A DNA stretch of 63,257 nucleotides, filler included, from an uncultured bacterium (GTDB lineage Bacteria; Latescibacterota; UBA2968), in NCBI GenBank assembly GCA_964471275.1. It is 3 parts of 3 records of this genome, joined end to end, with 100 filler letters (N's around TTAATTAATTAA, not from the genome) between each part and the next. Parts side by side here need not be neighbours in the genome. Positions count along the whole stretch, not along the records: positions 21,208 to 42,297 come from CAYYGZ010000058.1; 2 more parts are not named here. The stretch is one strand, 5' to 3'. Shown in pieces: positions 29,077 through 38,523 of this stretch. The notes below the pieces were generated by a model. The model saw only the letters and a list, made by a program, of their open reading frames with translations. It was not told the origin of the DNA and searched no databases. The stretch's first letter is position 1. Every line of letters begins with the position of its first letter. Made by a program: the position numbers and the translations under genes.

Positions 29077-30327
29077 ATGACAAAGATCAAGATCGCGTTG
29101 GTGGGATGCGGCGGGATGGGAACACGGCATCTCTATGGCCTCAAAGAACTGACGGATACGCCTTTCTGCCGGGTGGAACTGGCGGCGCTGTGCGATATCA
29201 GCCCTGAGAACGGGGAACGCGCAGCGGGCGAGGTCAAAGACCTGATGGGTTTCCGGCCGGATGTTTATACCGACCTTGCGGAGATGGCGAGGGCGATTCC
29301 GGATCTCGACGCGGTCGACGTGGTGACGGATCCCTCGTTTCATCATGATGTCGTGTGTCAGGCACTGGATCTTGGGCTGCACGTAATGGTCGAAAAGCCG
29401 TTTGGGATGACGATCCGGACGTGTCGGATGATGATCGACTCGGCGGAGCGAAACGGGAAACTGATCTCCGTCGCAGAAAATTACAGACGAGACCCGTCCG
29501 CGCGGCTTGCCCGGCATATGATCGAGCAAGGCGCCATCGGGGATGTGTATGGATCGGCCTTACATTCGGTGCGATCCGGGAGGCAGATTTTTATAACTCC
29601 CTGGCGTCATCTGAAAGAGCGGGCTGGCCCGCTTCTTGACATGGGCGTCCACTATACGGATCTGATTCGGTATCAGCTCGGCGAGATCAAAGAGATATAT
29701 GCGGATGCGCGTTTGATTGAACGTGAGCGAGAGAAGGCACCAACTGAGAATACGCCGTACGGGTTCTACAAATCTAGACACGAAGCGATGCCCGATACGG
29801 TTCCGGCTACGGCCGAGGATTCGTCGTCGGCGATCTTCAGGATGGAGAGCGGCATTGCCCTGAACTGGATGATGCAACTAGCCGGCCCCGTCAGCTTTGG
29901 TCAGCAGACCATCTGGGGAACAGAGGGCGCGATCGAAGGGTTCGGCAACCGTGGTTCGCAGATACGGCTTGTCGAGATGGATGGCACAAGAATCGAACAG
30001 GCTGATCTGCTGAGTCGGTTCCCGACTTTCACTCTCGAACCCCTGGCAGACCACTTCTTCCCTACGAAGGTGAGCGTTGGCGACAGGTCGGTGGACTGGA
30101 AACTCATTGCGCTCGAGTATCACGAGTTGTCCGAAGCAATCCTCGACGGACGAAGACTCGAAATCGACGGTGATGAAGGGATGCGAGATATTGCGGCGTC
30201 CCACGCGCTGTGTGAGTCGGCAATAGCAGGGCGAGCCGTCACGATGGATGAACTGCTGGCCGGTGATGTCTATGCCTATCAACAGGATATCGATGATCTG
30301 CTAGGGGTTTCGTCAGCGGGCACGTGA
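29077..30327 (+). CDS. Gfo/Idh/MocA family oxidoreductase
   Basis: IALVGCGGMG, VMVEKP, AENYR, DMGVHY.D motifs. Confidence 0.9.
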   Translation: MTKIKIALVGCGGMGTRHLYGLKELTDTPFCRVELAALCDISPENGERAAGEVKDLMGFRPDVYTDLAEMARAIPDLDAVDVVTDPSFHHDVVCQALDLGLHVMVEKPFGMTIRTCRMMIDSAERNGKLISVAENYRRDPSARLARHMIEQGAIGDVYGSALHSVRSGRQIFITPWRHLKERAGPLLDMGVHYTDLIRYQLGEIKEIYADARLIEREREKAPTENTPYGFYKSRHEAMPDTVPATAEDSSSAIFRMESGIALNWMMQLAGPVSFGQQTIWGTEGAIEGFGNRGSQIRLVEMDGTRIEQADLLSRFPTFTLEPLADHFFPTKVSVGDRSVDWKLIALEYHELSEAILDGRRLEIDGDEGMRDIAASHALCESAIAGRAVTMDELLAGDVYAYQQDIDDLLGVSSAGT

Positions 30328-30368
30328 CGAGTTGGCGTGCCATGCTGTCACTACGTATTAGGTGTGAA

Positions 30369-31964
30369 ATGAACGAATCCAGTCAAGTTGCAGTCGGTGT
30401 TGACGTCGGCACGGGGAGTGTTCGTGCGGGGGTGTTCACGCTGTCCGGGAAGATGCTCGCTTCGGCGACCGAGGTGATCAAGGAGCATCACCCCAAGGAG
30501 GATTTCTACGAACAATCATCCCGAGATATCTGGGAGCAGACCGGAAAGGTCGTCCGGCAGGCACTTTCGAAGTCGGGTAGAGCGGGTCGTGATGTGATCG
30601 GGTTGAGCTACGACGCAACCTGTTCGCTCGTTGCGCTGGACACCAATCGGAAGCCGGTGACGGTTTCAGAAAGTGGTGATGATGAGTGGAATATCATCGT
30701 GTGGCGCGATCATCGGGCCATCGACCAGGTCACACGGATCAATGCGGGTGGCTTTGATGTGCTACGTTATGTGGGCGGTAGCATGTCCCCTGAACAGGAG
30801 CCGCCCAAGCTGTTGTGGATCAAGGAAAACCTGCCCGAATCGTGGAAGCGAACGGCGAAGTTTTTCGACCTTGTTGACTACATGGCATTCCAGTCCACGG
30901 GGCAGGATTTGCGAAGCCTCTGCACGAATGTCTGCAAATGGACATACCTGGGTCATGAATCCAGATGGGACCAGTCGTTTTTCGATGCCGTCGGGATTGG
31001 CGACCTGTTCGACAACGCACGCGTGACGAACGAGGTCGCGCCAATGGGGGAGAATGCCGGGACGCTGACGCAAGAGGCGGCAGACCATCTGGGTCTATCG
31101 ACGAACACAACGGTCGGAGTTGGCATCATCGATGCGCACGCGGGCGGGATCGGTGTTGCAGTCGACGAGCGTTCACTCGCCCTGATCGGTGGGACCTCGT
31201 CGTGCCACATGGCCGTTGCACCGGAGTCTCGGTTTGTCGATGGCGTTTGGGGTCCCTATTACGGAGCGATGATTCCCGGGAAGTGGTTGAATGAGGGCGG
31301 ACAGAGCGCGACCGGTGCGCTGTTGGATCATTCGATCGAGCGTTACGGGACGATCAGGGATGGTGATCATATCAAGCACGTGCTCGACGGCAAGAACCTG
31401 AATACCGTTCACGCGGAGTTGAACGCGTTTATCAAAGATGCAGGTGTAGGACCGGAGTATACGGAGCGGATACACATCCTGCCGTATCACCACGGCAATC
31501 GCTCACCGAATGCAGATCCGAGTGCCCGCGGCGTTGTCGATGGCCTGACCCTCGATATGTCCTACGACACGCTCGCCCGTCTCTACTACGCCACGATCCA
31601 GGCAGTTGCTTACGGCACGCGTCACATCATCGATGCGCTCGAGGAAAAGGGATACCGGATCGATGCGATCAAGGCGTGCGGCGGTGGTACGAAGAACCCC
31701 TTGTGGATCCAGACACACGCAGATGCCGCACAGAGGCCGATCGAGTTGCCGGATGAACCGGAAGCCGTGCTGCTGGGCGCGGCAATCCTGGGAGCAGTGG
31801 CAGGAGGAGCATTTGGCTCGATCGAAGACGCGATGGGTGAGATGTGCCACGCGGGAGAAGTGGTCGAGCCGAGGGTGGGGACAAGGGACTATCACGACTG
31901 GAAATACGAGAGGCAACTGGGGATGTATGGGGAGCAGGTTGGGCGAAGAATATCGAGGAGTTAG
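30369..31964 (+). CDS. FGGY-family pentulose kinase (D-ribulokinase-like)
   Basis: GVDVGTGSVRAG, DATCSLV, WRDHRA, IDAHAG, GTSSCHM, GVWGPY, EGGQSATG, GNRSP. Confidence 0.92.
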   Translation: MNESSQVAVGVDVGTGSVRAGVFTLSGKMLASATEVIKEHHPKEDFYEQSSRDIWEQTGKVVRQALSKSGRAGRDVIGLSYDATCSLVALDTNRKPVTVSESGDDEWNIIVWRDHRAIDQVTRINAGGFDVLRYVGGSMSPEQEPPKLLWIKENLPESWKRTAKFFDLVDYMAFQSTGQDLRSLCTNVCKWTYLGHESRWDQSFFDAVGIGDLFDNARVTNEVAPMGENAGTLTQEAADHLGLSTNTTVGVGIIDAHAGGIGVAVDERSLALIGGTSSCHMAVAPESRFVDGVWGPYYGAMIPGKWLNEGGQSATGALLDHSIERYGTIRDGDHIKHVLDGKNLNTVHAELNAFIKDAGVGPEYTERIHILPYHHGNRSPNADPSARGVVDGLTLDMSYDTLARLYYATIQAVAYGTRHIIDALEEKGYRIDAIKACGGGTKNPLWIQTHADAAQRPIELPDEPEAVLLGAAILGAVAGGAFGSIEDAMGEMCHAGEVVEPRVGTRDYHDWKYERQLGMYGEQVGRRISRS

Positions 31965-31980
31965 GATCGAGGATTGAGGG
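31949..31980 (+). repeat. Heptamer tandem array (AGGATYG-like), left arm
   Basis: AATATCG AGGAGTT AGGATCG AGGATTG AGGG overlapping the kinase stop codon. Confidence 0.7.
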
Positions 31981-31983
31981 CGG

Positions 31984-32335
31984 TTACTTGCGGCTTCTGG
32001 TTGTGCGTCGAGTTGCGAAGAAGATTGACGACAATTCGCCGCCTCTCGTAGAAGCGGCGCTAGGATATCTTCACCCAACAATCTCTCATCCCATATAAAT
32101 TCCAGCCAGAACCCAGATTCGTCTGCCCTCTCGAGCACTATGCTGATTTTAGCGACGAAGCTCGCCCGAGACTGAGCAGGCAGGCTGCACGATAGTTCGC
32201 TGGCACTGATGTGGATGCGCGGATCAGTTGTCCGTGTATATGACGCTCTAGCGGGCTTCTCCCAAGCTTCAGACTTAGCTTGACGCATTGATGTGTAAAT
32301 TCTTAGGTCCTAGTTTTCAGTTGTTCGGTTTGCAT
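31984..32335 (-). pseudogene. Four-helix-bundle protein (23S rRNA IVP-like/TIGR02436 type), decayed
   Basis: Reconstructed across one nonsense codon and two frameshifts: MQTEQLKTRT*EF...QLIRASTSVPANYRAAC / QSRASFVAKISIVLERADESGFWLE / ELSSIFFATRRTTRSRK*. Confidence 0.8.
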
Positions 32336-32394
32336 TGGTTGAGTAGTCTCCCATAGTGATGTTTTGAGATCTTACTCAGGATGTCTTCGCCTTT

Positions 32395-32422
32395 CAATCC
32401 TAGATCTTCTATCCTAGATCCT
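32395..32422 (-). repeat. Heptamer tandem array, right arm (inverted relative to 31949-31980)
   Basis: CAATCCT AGATCTT CTATCCT AGATCCT; reverse complement is AGGATCT AGGATAG AAGATCT AGGATTG. Confidence 0.7.
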
Positions 32423-32424
32423 CT

Positions 32425-33414
32425 ATGAATCTTGCTCTCTTCGGTGCCGGACGTATTGGAGCAATCCACGCAGCAAGTGTGGCTGCAAACGATGCAACGA
32501 ATCTCAAGTGGGTTGTTGATGTGTTCGAGCAATCGGCGAAGGGGCTTGCCGATGTGCACGGGGCAAGAAGCTCGACTGATCCTGGAGACGCATTGTCGGA
32601 TCCAGATGTGCAGGCAATCCTGGTCGCCTCATCGACCGATACGCATTTGGATCTGATTCTCGAAGGAGGGAAGGCGGGGAAGGCGGTTTTCTGTGAGAAG
32701 CCGCTGGCTCTCGATCTCGCACGTGTCGATGAGAAGCTTGCCGAAATTGACGGTCAGGATGTGCCGGTTCTGATTGGGTTCAACCGGCGGTATGACGTGA
32801 ACTTCAAGGCGGTGTACGAGGCGGCTCGGGATGGGAGTATCGGTGAACTGGAGATGGTGAAGATTACAAGCCGTGATCCGGGTCCGCCACCGATTGCATA
32901 CATAAAGGTGTCCGGGGGCCTGTTTCGGGATATGATGATTCACGATCTCGATCTGGCGCGTTGGCTGCTTGGCGAAGAACCTGTCGAAGTGTTTGCCACG
33001 GCCAGCTGTCTGGTCGACACGGCGATCGGCAATGCCGGTGATATCGACACGGCGATCGTGACGATGAAGACGGAGAGCGGAAAGCTCTGTCAGATCGACA
33101 ACAGCCGTCGCGCTGTCTACGGGTATGATCAGCGGATGGAAGTGCTTGGCTCGGCAGGGATGGCGAAGGCGGACAATGTGCAGACGAACACGGTTGAGAT
33201 CTGGGGACAGAATCACGTCCAAAGGGAGAAGCCGCCGCAGTTCTTCATCGAGCGCTACACGGATGCCTATCGCGCGGAGCTGAACCACTTTGTCGAGGTT
33301 ATCGAAGGCAAGGCGGAACCTGCTGTCACGACTCGAGATGGCCGCCAGGCTCTTGCACTGGCCGATGCAGCACTCGCGTCCTCACAATCGGGTACCGCAC
33401 AGGTCCCGACCTAA
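32425..33414 (+). CDS. iolG: Inositol 2-dehydrogenase
   Basis: GAGRIG, CEKP, GFNRRYD, ITSRDP, SGGLFRDMMIHDLD, NSRRAVYGYDQR, FFIERY. Confidence 0.9.
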   Translation: MNLALFGAGRIGAIHAASVAANDATNLKWVVDVFEQSAKGLADVHGARSSTDPGDALSDPDVQAILVASSTDTHLDLILEGGKAGKAVFCEKPLALDLARVDEKLAEIDGQDVPVLIGFNRRYDVNFKAVYEAARDGSIGELEMVKITSRDPGPPPIAYIKVSGGLFRDMMIHDLDLARWLLGEEPVEVFATASCLVDTAIGNAGDIDTAIVTMKTESGKLCQIDNSRRAVYGYDQRMEVLGSAGMAKADNVQTNTVEIWGQNHVQREKPPQFFIERYTDAYRAELNHFVEVIEGKAEPAVTTRDGRQALALADAALASSQSGTAQVPT

Positions 33415-33427
33415 ACAGGATTAGTTC

Positions 33428-34993
33428 GTGGCTGAAAACGAACCCATCCTCAGCGATTTAGCGGTAGAGGCATTCGGCGACATTGTCGGTTTGTCTCCCG
33501 ATGACGAGGACTTTGCTGGCTACGTGGATCATATCCAGAAGTTTGCCGCGCAGTGCCAGACCCTTCATGCCCTTTCGCTTCAGAACCACGACGTTCCTGC
33601 GCTGAACTTCAGACCCCCCCTCCGAACGAATCTGGAGAGACGGTATTCGCCTTCACCGATGAGGGACCCTATGCGTCGTCGGGGGATATCGCAGACGTCG
33701 CTTTTCTCACCACGTGTGAACTGTCCGCGCTCCTTCGTTCCCGTGCACTCTCCCCGGTCGAGTTGACCCAACTCTATCTAGACCGGCTTGGCGTGATCGG
33801 AACGTTCCTCAACAGCGTTGTCACGCTAACATCCGAACTGCACTGAAACAGGCTTCCGTTGCGGAAGGCGAGATCGGTCGCGGCGAGTGGCGGGGCCCTC
33901 TGCACGGCATCCCCTGAGGGACAAAGGATATTCTGGCGACAAGGGGTATCCCGACAACGTGGGGGTCTTCTGCGCACAAGGAGCAGGTGTCCGACTATGA
34001 CGCAGCTGTCGTGGAGGATTTGGCAGCAGGCGGCGCGATGCTGACCGCATGTCGATGGGATCGCTGGCCTGTGGCCCCAACTGGTTTGGGGGGATAACCC
34101 GGAACCCGTGGGATACGGAGACCGGGTCAAGCGGTTCCTCTGCCGGGCCGGGAGCGGCGACCGCCGCCGGGCTCATCGGATTCAGCATAGGAACGGAAAC
34201 ACACGGGTCCATCACTTCGCCAAGCCACACGTGCGGCGTGACCGGCTTGCTCCCGACCTTCGGTCGGGTTTCCAGATACGGTGCGATGGCGCTTGGCTAT
34301 TCGCTCGACAAGATTGGTCCAATGTGCCGAAGACTGTGCGGCCGTGTTCTCGGTGATACACGGCCGCGACGAGCGGGACAGCGTCACAGTAGATGCCCCG
34401 TTCGTGTGGCTGAACGATCGTAATATCCGTGACATGCAGATTGGCTATGTCGAGAAGGAGTTCGGCGACGTCGAGGGAGAGACATCCCGGGTCGATCGGG
34501 AGGCACTGGATGTGTTGCCGTCTCTCGGCGCTGAAGTAGAGCCTGTGTCTCTGCCACGCTTCCCTTCAGGTTTGATGGTCATCCTCTGGGGGGAGGCTGC
34601 GGCTGCGTTTGACGAGCTGGCACGAACCGAGTCCCTCGATCTTCTGGTGAATGACAACAGCCAGTGGCCGAAGCTCTTCTGTGCGGCCCGTTCGATCCCG
34701 GTGACCGAATATGTGCGGGCCCAGCGACTTCGAAATCAGCTGCTCACAGCGTTCGAGGCGTTTGTCCAGGATTGGGACGCGGTCGTCTGTCCCGCCAAGG
34801 CGACGCCAACCTCACGGTGGGAAACATGACCGGTCATCCCTCTCTAGCCCTGCCCGCAGGTTTTTTCGACGGTATGCCAAGAGGCATGGCGCTGATCGGA
34901 AAGCTGTGGGAGGAATCGGTCTTGATGGGAATCGGTCACGCCTACCAGGGCAGTACGGATTGGCATCGTGAACGGCCGCCGCTAGATGGCTGA
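33428..34993 (+). pseudogene. Amidase-signature family enzyme, multiply disrupted
   Basis: Fragments RGPLHGIP*GTKD, GSSGSSAG, IGTETHGSITSP and GHPSLALPAGF fall in different frames; several frameshifts plus a nonsense codon. Confidence 0.85.
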
Positions 34994-35684
34994 CCTGAGG
35001 CCTTTTCGGAGGCGGGAGATCTGGGTGCCGACCTGGCTTGGCTGGTCCGTGATCGGGAGCGTTCTGCTCATCACAGTCGTCCTTGCCCTTCTCCTGTCCT
35101 ACCCGATCCTGAACGTGAATCATCCGGTTGGTTCTGGTTACCTTGTAGTGGAAGGCTGGATGAGCCGGAAGCAACTGTCAGCGGCAGCAGATCTGTTCAG
35201 TGACGGAGAATATGACGGTCTCCTGGTTACGGGGGGGCCGATCGCGCCAGGTTCCTACCTGAACGTTCACTATCCGAACCTGGCGACGGAAGCGGAAATT
35301 GGCGCGGAGCAGTTCCGGCTGTTTGGTGTGTCTCCTGTCCACGCAGTGGCCAGGCCGTCTGCTCGGAAAGACCGAACCTATTCCTCCGCATTGGCGCTGA
35401 GAAAGTGGTTGGCAGGGACCAGAAGACAGGGCGCATCAGTCGATATCGTTTCATCGGGACCCCACTGTCGCAGGTCGTGGATGCTGTTCTCCATTGCGCT
35501 GGAAGGGATCGCCGATGTCGGCGTAATCGCGGTTAAGCCATCCGGCTATGATCCAAGTCGGTGGTGGACAACGAGTACGGGAGTTCGTGCAATGCTCGGC
35601 GAGTTGATTGCCTATGGATATGCGAAGTTCCTGTTCTACCCGGATCTCGAGACGGATCTGGAAACCCTTTATAGGGAGGGATAG
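34986..35684 (+). CDS. YdcF/DUF218 family protein
   Basis: N-terminal TM, VVEGW, VTGG, DRTYSSA, SSGPHCRRS, RWW...E motifs. Confidence 0.75.
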   Translation: MADLRPFRRREIWVPTWLGWSVIGSVLLITVVLALLLSYPILNVNHPVGSGYLVVEGWMSRKQLSAAADLFSDGEYDGLLVTGGPIAPGSYLNVHYPNLATEAEIGAEQFRLFGVSPVHAVARPSARKDRTYSSALALRKWLAGTRRQGASVDIVSSGPHCRRSWMLFSIALEGIADVGVIAVKPSGYDPSRWWTTSTGVRAMLGELIAYGYAKFLFYPDLETDLETLYREG

Positions 35685-35687
35685 CGA

Positions 35688-36521
35688 ATGGCGGGAAGCG
35701 GATATACGAATCCCGATCTGCTGTGGTCTGTTGAGTTTCTGAATGGCCGCCTGAGTGATCCATCTGTAAGGATTGTGGATACACGGCCGGTGCACGAATA
35801 CGTTACGGGACATATCCCGGGGGCGATCAGTCTGGATGTGCTGGGCATCAGCCTGGCAGATACGCGACCTGAGCCCTTTGCCGCGTTTATGTCGATGTAC
35901 GGTTATCTCATGGGCAGTCGTGGGATTGGCACAGATCAGCCGGTGATCTTCTACGAGAACAACTCTGGCATGCGTTCGGCACGCGGTTTCTGGATCTGCG
36001 AGTATCACGGGCACAAGGATGTGCACGTTCTGGATGGGGGAGTTGATGCGTGGCAGTCTGCCGGGTATGCAGTTTCGCAGTCCTGTGATGAGGTCGGATC
36101 TGCAGAATTCATCAGCGAACCTCAGGTGGGTCTCGATATCGGATACCAGGAGATCCTGGACTCGCTCAGCCGCGATGAGTTCGTTCCGCTGGATACGAGA
36201 AGCGAGGGCGAGCACTATGGCACGACGGTTCGTGCTGCGCGAGGAGGATCGGTTCCCGGGGCCGTCCACATCGAGTATGTCAACAACCTCGATGCCTCCG
36301 GGCGGTTCAAATCGGGCGAGGAACTGAGGTCGATGTATGAGCGGGCGGGTATCATGCCCGAGCAGACAATCGCGTGCTACTGACAAGGTGGATACCGCTC
36401 CTCTCACAGTTACCTGGCGTTGCGGCTGATCGGATACGAAAAGGTCCGCAACTACATCGGGTCGTGGAAGGAGTGGGGAGACAGGCTGGAGCTGCCTGTG
36501 GAGATTCCGGAGAAGCAGTGA
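35688..36521 (+). CDS. Tandem-domain sulfurtransferase (rhodanese), probable selenoprotein with in-frame TGA at 36381-36383
   Basis: GHIPGA, VLDGG..AW, DTRS..E, GSVPGA. After the TGA the frame continues [40 protein letters not shown] to a stop at 36519-36521. The TGA occupies the catalytic Cys (Y-C-QGGYR). Confidence 0.9.
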
Positions 36522-36588
36522 AACAGTGAGATAGTGAAGTAGTAAGTAGAAGGGCGCAGACGGCACAGGGGAGGGGGGGGCAAGGCAA

Positions 36589-37932
36589 CTATATCAGATC
36601 GTCGGATTTCATCCAGTCGAGGGTGGTTTCGAAGGCGGCGAGCGTCTTCTGGATATCGTCATCGGAGTGGGCAGCCATGGTGATGGGCGTGCCGGGGAGG
36701 TCTACTCCGTTGAGGAGCATGCCGCAGCGCAGGTTGTGCGCGAGATCTGGGCGAGGCGGGGATTTAAGCCTGTTGATGTCGTAGGTGAGGGGATCGAATT
36801 CCTGCGCTTGAATTCCGGGAATTCCATGGTCGATGAGGATCCGGAAGCTGGAGAATTCCCCGTAGACCCCCCAACCCAGTTCACGCTGGTCGATGATCTT
36901 TGCGAGGCCGTGTCGCAACGACACGGCCGTTTCGTTTGCGTGTGCCTGGGGCTCTCCGGTCGACGCGATCCGTAAAGTTGCGATCCCCGCTGAGGCCGAA
37001 AGCGGGTTCGCGTTGAATGTCCCGGGATGGGGCATCTTTCTTTCAGGGCCTGTCTTCCTGATGGAGATCAAGTCCATGATTTCGGCGCGTCCTGCGACCG
37101 CACCCCCGGGCAACCCTCCGGCCAGGATCTTCGCCATCGTCGTCATATCAGGTGTTATCCCGTAGTACGCTTGTGCGCCGCCCGGTGAGACGCGAAACCC
37201 CGTGATCACTTCGTCGAACAGCAGGACCACACCATGTTCATCCGTGACCTGTCGGAGATCTGAGAGGAATTGGGGTGTGCAGGGAATGGCGCCCCAACCT
37301 CCGCCGGTCGGTTCCACGAGCAGTACGGCGACGTCTGGATCGGCCGATAGGTGTTCCCGGACGGCATCGATGTCGTTTGGAGGGAGGACAATCGTGTTTT
37401 TCAGGACGGAGGCAGGGATCCCGGGGACCGGCGTGTCCAGCGGCGGGCGAGCGGCCGGGATGACCGAGTCGTGCCAGCCGTGGAAGTAGCCTGAAAACTT
37501 GATGATGTTGTTTCGACCGGTGAAGGTGCGAGCGAGACGAATGGCCATGAGGGTTGCTTCAGTGCCGGAATTCACGAAGCGAACGCGTTCAGCTGAAGGG
37601 ATCAGATCGATCACCCACCGTCCCCATTCGATCTCGAGTTCGTGTGACGCACCATAGTGCGTGCCTTTGGAGATCTGCCTGGTGACAGCTTCCACAACTT
37701 CGGGTGGATTGTGGCTCAGCAGGAGCGCACCGTGACCGCTCCAGTAATCGATGAACTCGCGGTCGTCGAGACCATATTTCTTCGATCCGTTTGCGTAAGT
37801 GACATACAGGGGGAAAGGGTCTGCGTGACGGTTGTCGTGGGTGACGCCGTCCGGGAAGACGTTCTGAGCCTTCAGTGAGAGTTCGTGATCGCGCTGGAAG
37901 GTGGCGGTGAAGCGTTCGAGTATTGTTGGCAT
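36589..37932 (-). CDS. Class III PLP aminotransferase (glutamate-1-semialdehyde aminomutase-like)
   Basis: RFVNSGTEAT, FHGWHD, LFDEVITGFR, MAKILAGGLP, HPGTFNANPL. Confidence 0.9.
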   Translation of the reverse strand: MPTILERFTATFQRDHELSLKAQNVFPDGVTHDNRHADPFPLYVTYANGSKKYGLDDREFIDYWSGHGALLLSHNPPEVVEAVTRQISKGTHYGASHELEIEWGRWVIDLIPSAERVRFVNSGTEATLMAIRLARTFTGRNNIIKFSGYFHGWHDSVIPAARPPLDTPVPGIPASVLKNTIVLPPNDIDAVREHLSADPDVAVLLVEPTGGGWGAIPCTPQFLSDLRQVTDEHGVVLLFDEVITGFRVSPGGAQAYYGITPDMTTMAKILAGGLPGGAVAGRAEIMDLISIRKTGPERKMPHPGTFNANPLSASAGIATLRIASTGEPQAHANETAVSLRHGLAKIIDQRELGWGVYGEFSSFRILIDHGIPGIQAQEFDPLTYDINRLKSPPRPDLAHNLRCGMLLNGVDLPGTPITMAAHSDDDIQKTLAAFETTLDWMKSDDLI

Positions 37933-38034
37933 CCGTTCGTGTACCAATCGCTTTGATGATGGAAAGTGTGCATCACGGAGGGGCAAGCGAGAATCGCCCT
38001 TGCTCTGCGCTGTTAGCTTTGTGCTCCGCTGCCT

Positions 38035-38511
38035 TTACAGCCCGGCCATTTTGCAGACTTCGGCCCATTCCTTCTCTGTGACCGGCTGAATCGACAATCT
38101 CTGGCCGCGCTGGACGACGCGCATGTCTTTGAGCTTCTTGTTGACCTTCAGGTCAGCAAGGTGAACGTAGGCTTTGCACTTCTTCTTCCACTTCACATCG
38201 AAGGAGAACCACCGGGGGGCCTCTTTCGTCGATTTCTCGTCGTAGTATTTGTGCTTCCTGTCGAATTGAGAAGGATCCGGGTAGGCCGCGGCGACAATGT
38301 CGACGACGCCGGCAATTCCGGGTTCGTCACAGTTCGAATGATAGAAGAAGGCAAGATCGCCCTTCTTCATGTCGTCACGAATGAAATTACGAGCCTGGTA
38401 GTTCCTCACGCCCCGCCAATAGCCGGTGCGCTGATCACGCTCCCTCAAGTCGTCGAATGAGGTTTCGTGAGGCTCGCACTTGACCAGCCAGTAGCCTTTG
38501 TCCCTTGCCAT
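38035..38511 (-). CDS. EVE domain protein
   Basis: YWLVKCEP, WRGVRNYQARN, FFYHSN, YPDPSQFD, RLSIQPV. Confidence 0.93.
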   Translation of the reverse strand: MARDKGYWLVKCEPHETSFDDLRERDQRTGYWRGVRNYQARNFIRDDMKKGDLAFFYHSNCDEPGIAGVVDIVAAAYPDPSQFDRKHKYYDEKSTKEAPRWFSFDVKWKKKCKAYVHLADLKVNKKLKDMRVVQRGQRLSIQPVTEKEWAEVCKMAGL

Positions 38512-38523
38512 AGTCTTCCTCAG

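Noticed and set aside
31503..32288. 261-aa minus-strand ORF
   Set aside because: It is a composite of the middle frame of the four-helix-bundle pseudogene and antisense of the FGGY kinase.
33900..33930. In-frame TGA in the amidase (GIP-TGA-GTKD) as a third Sec site
   Set aside because: It aligns to an aromatic (Trp/Tyr) position rather than Cys, and the gene has several frameshifts, so it is ordinary decay.
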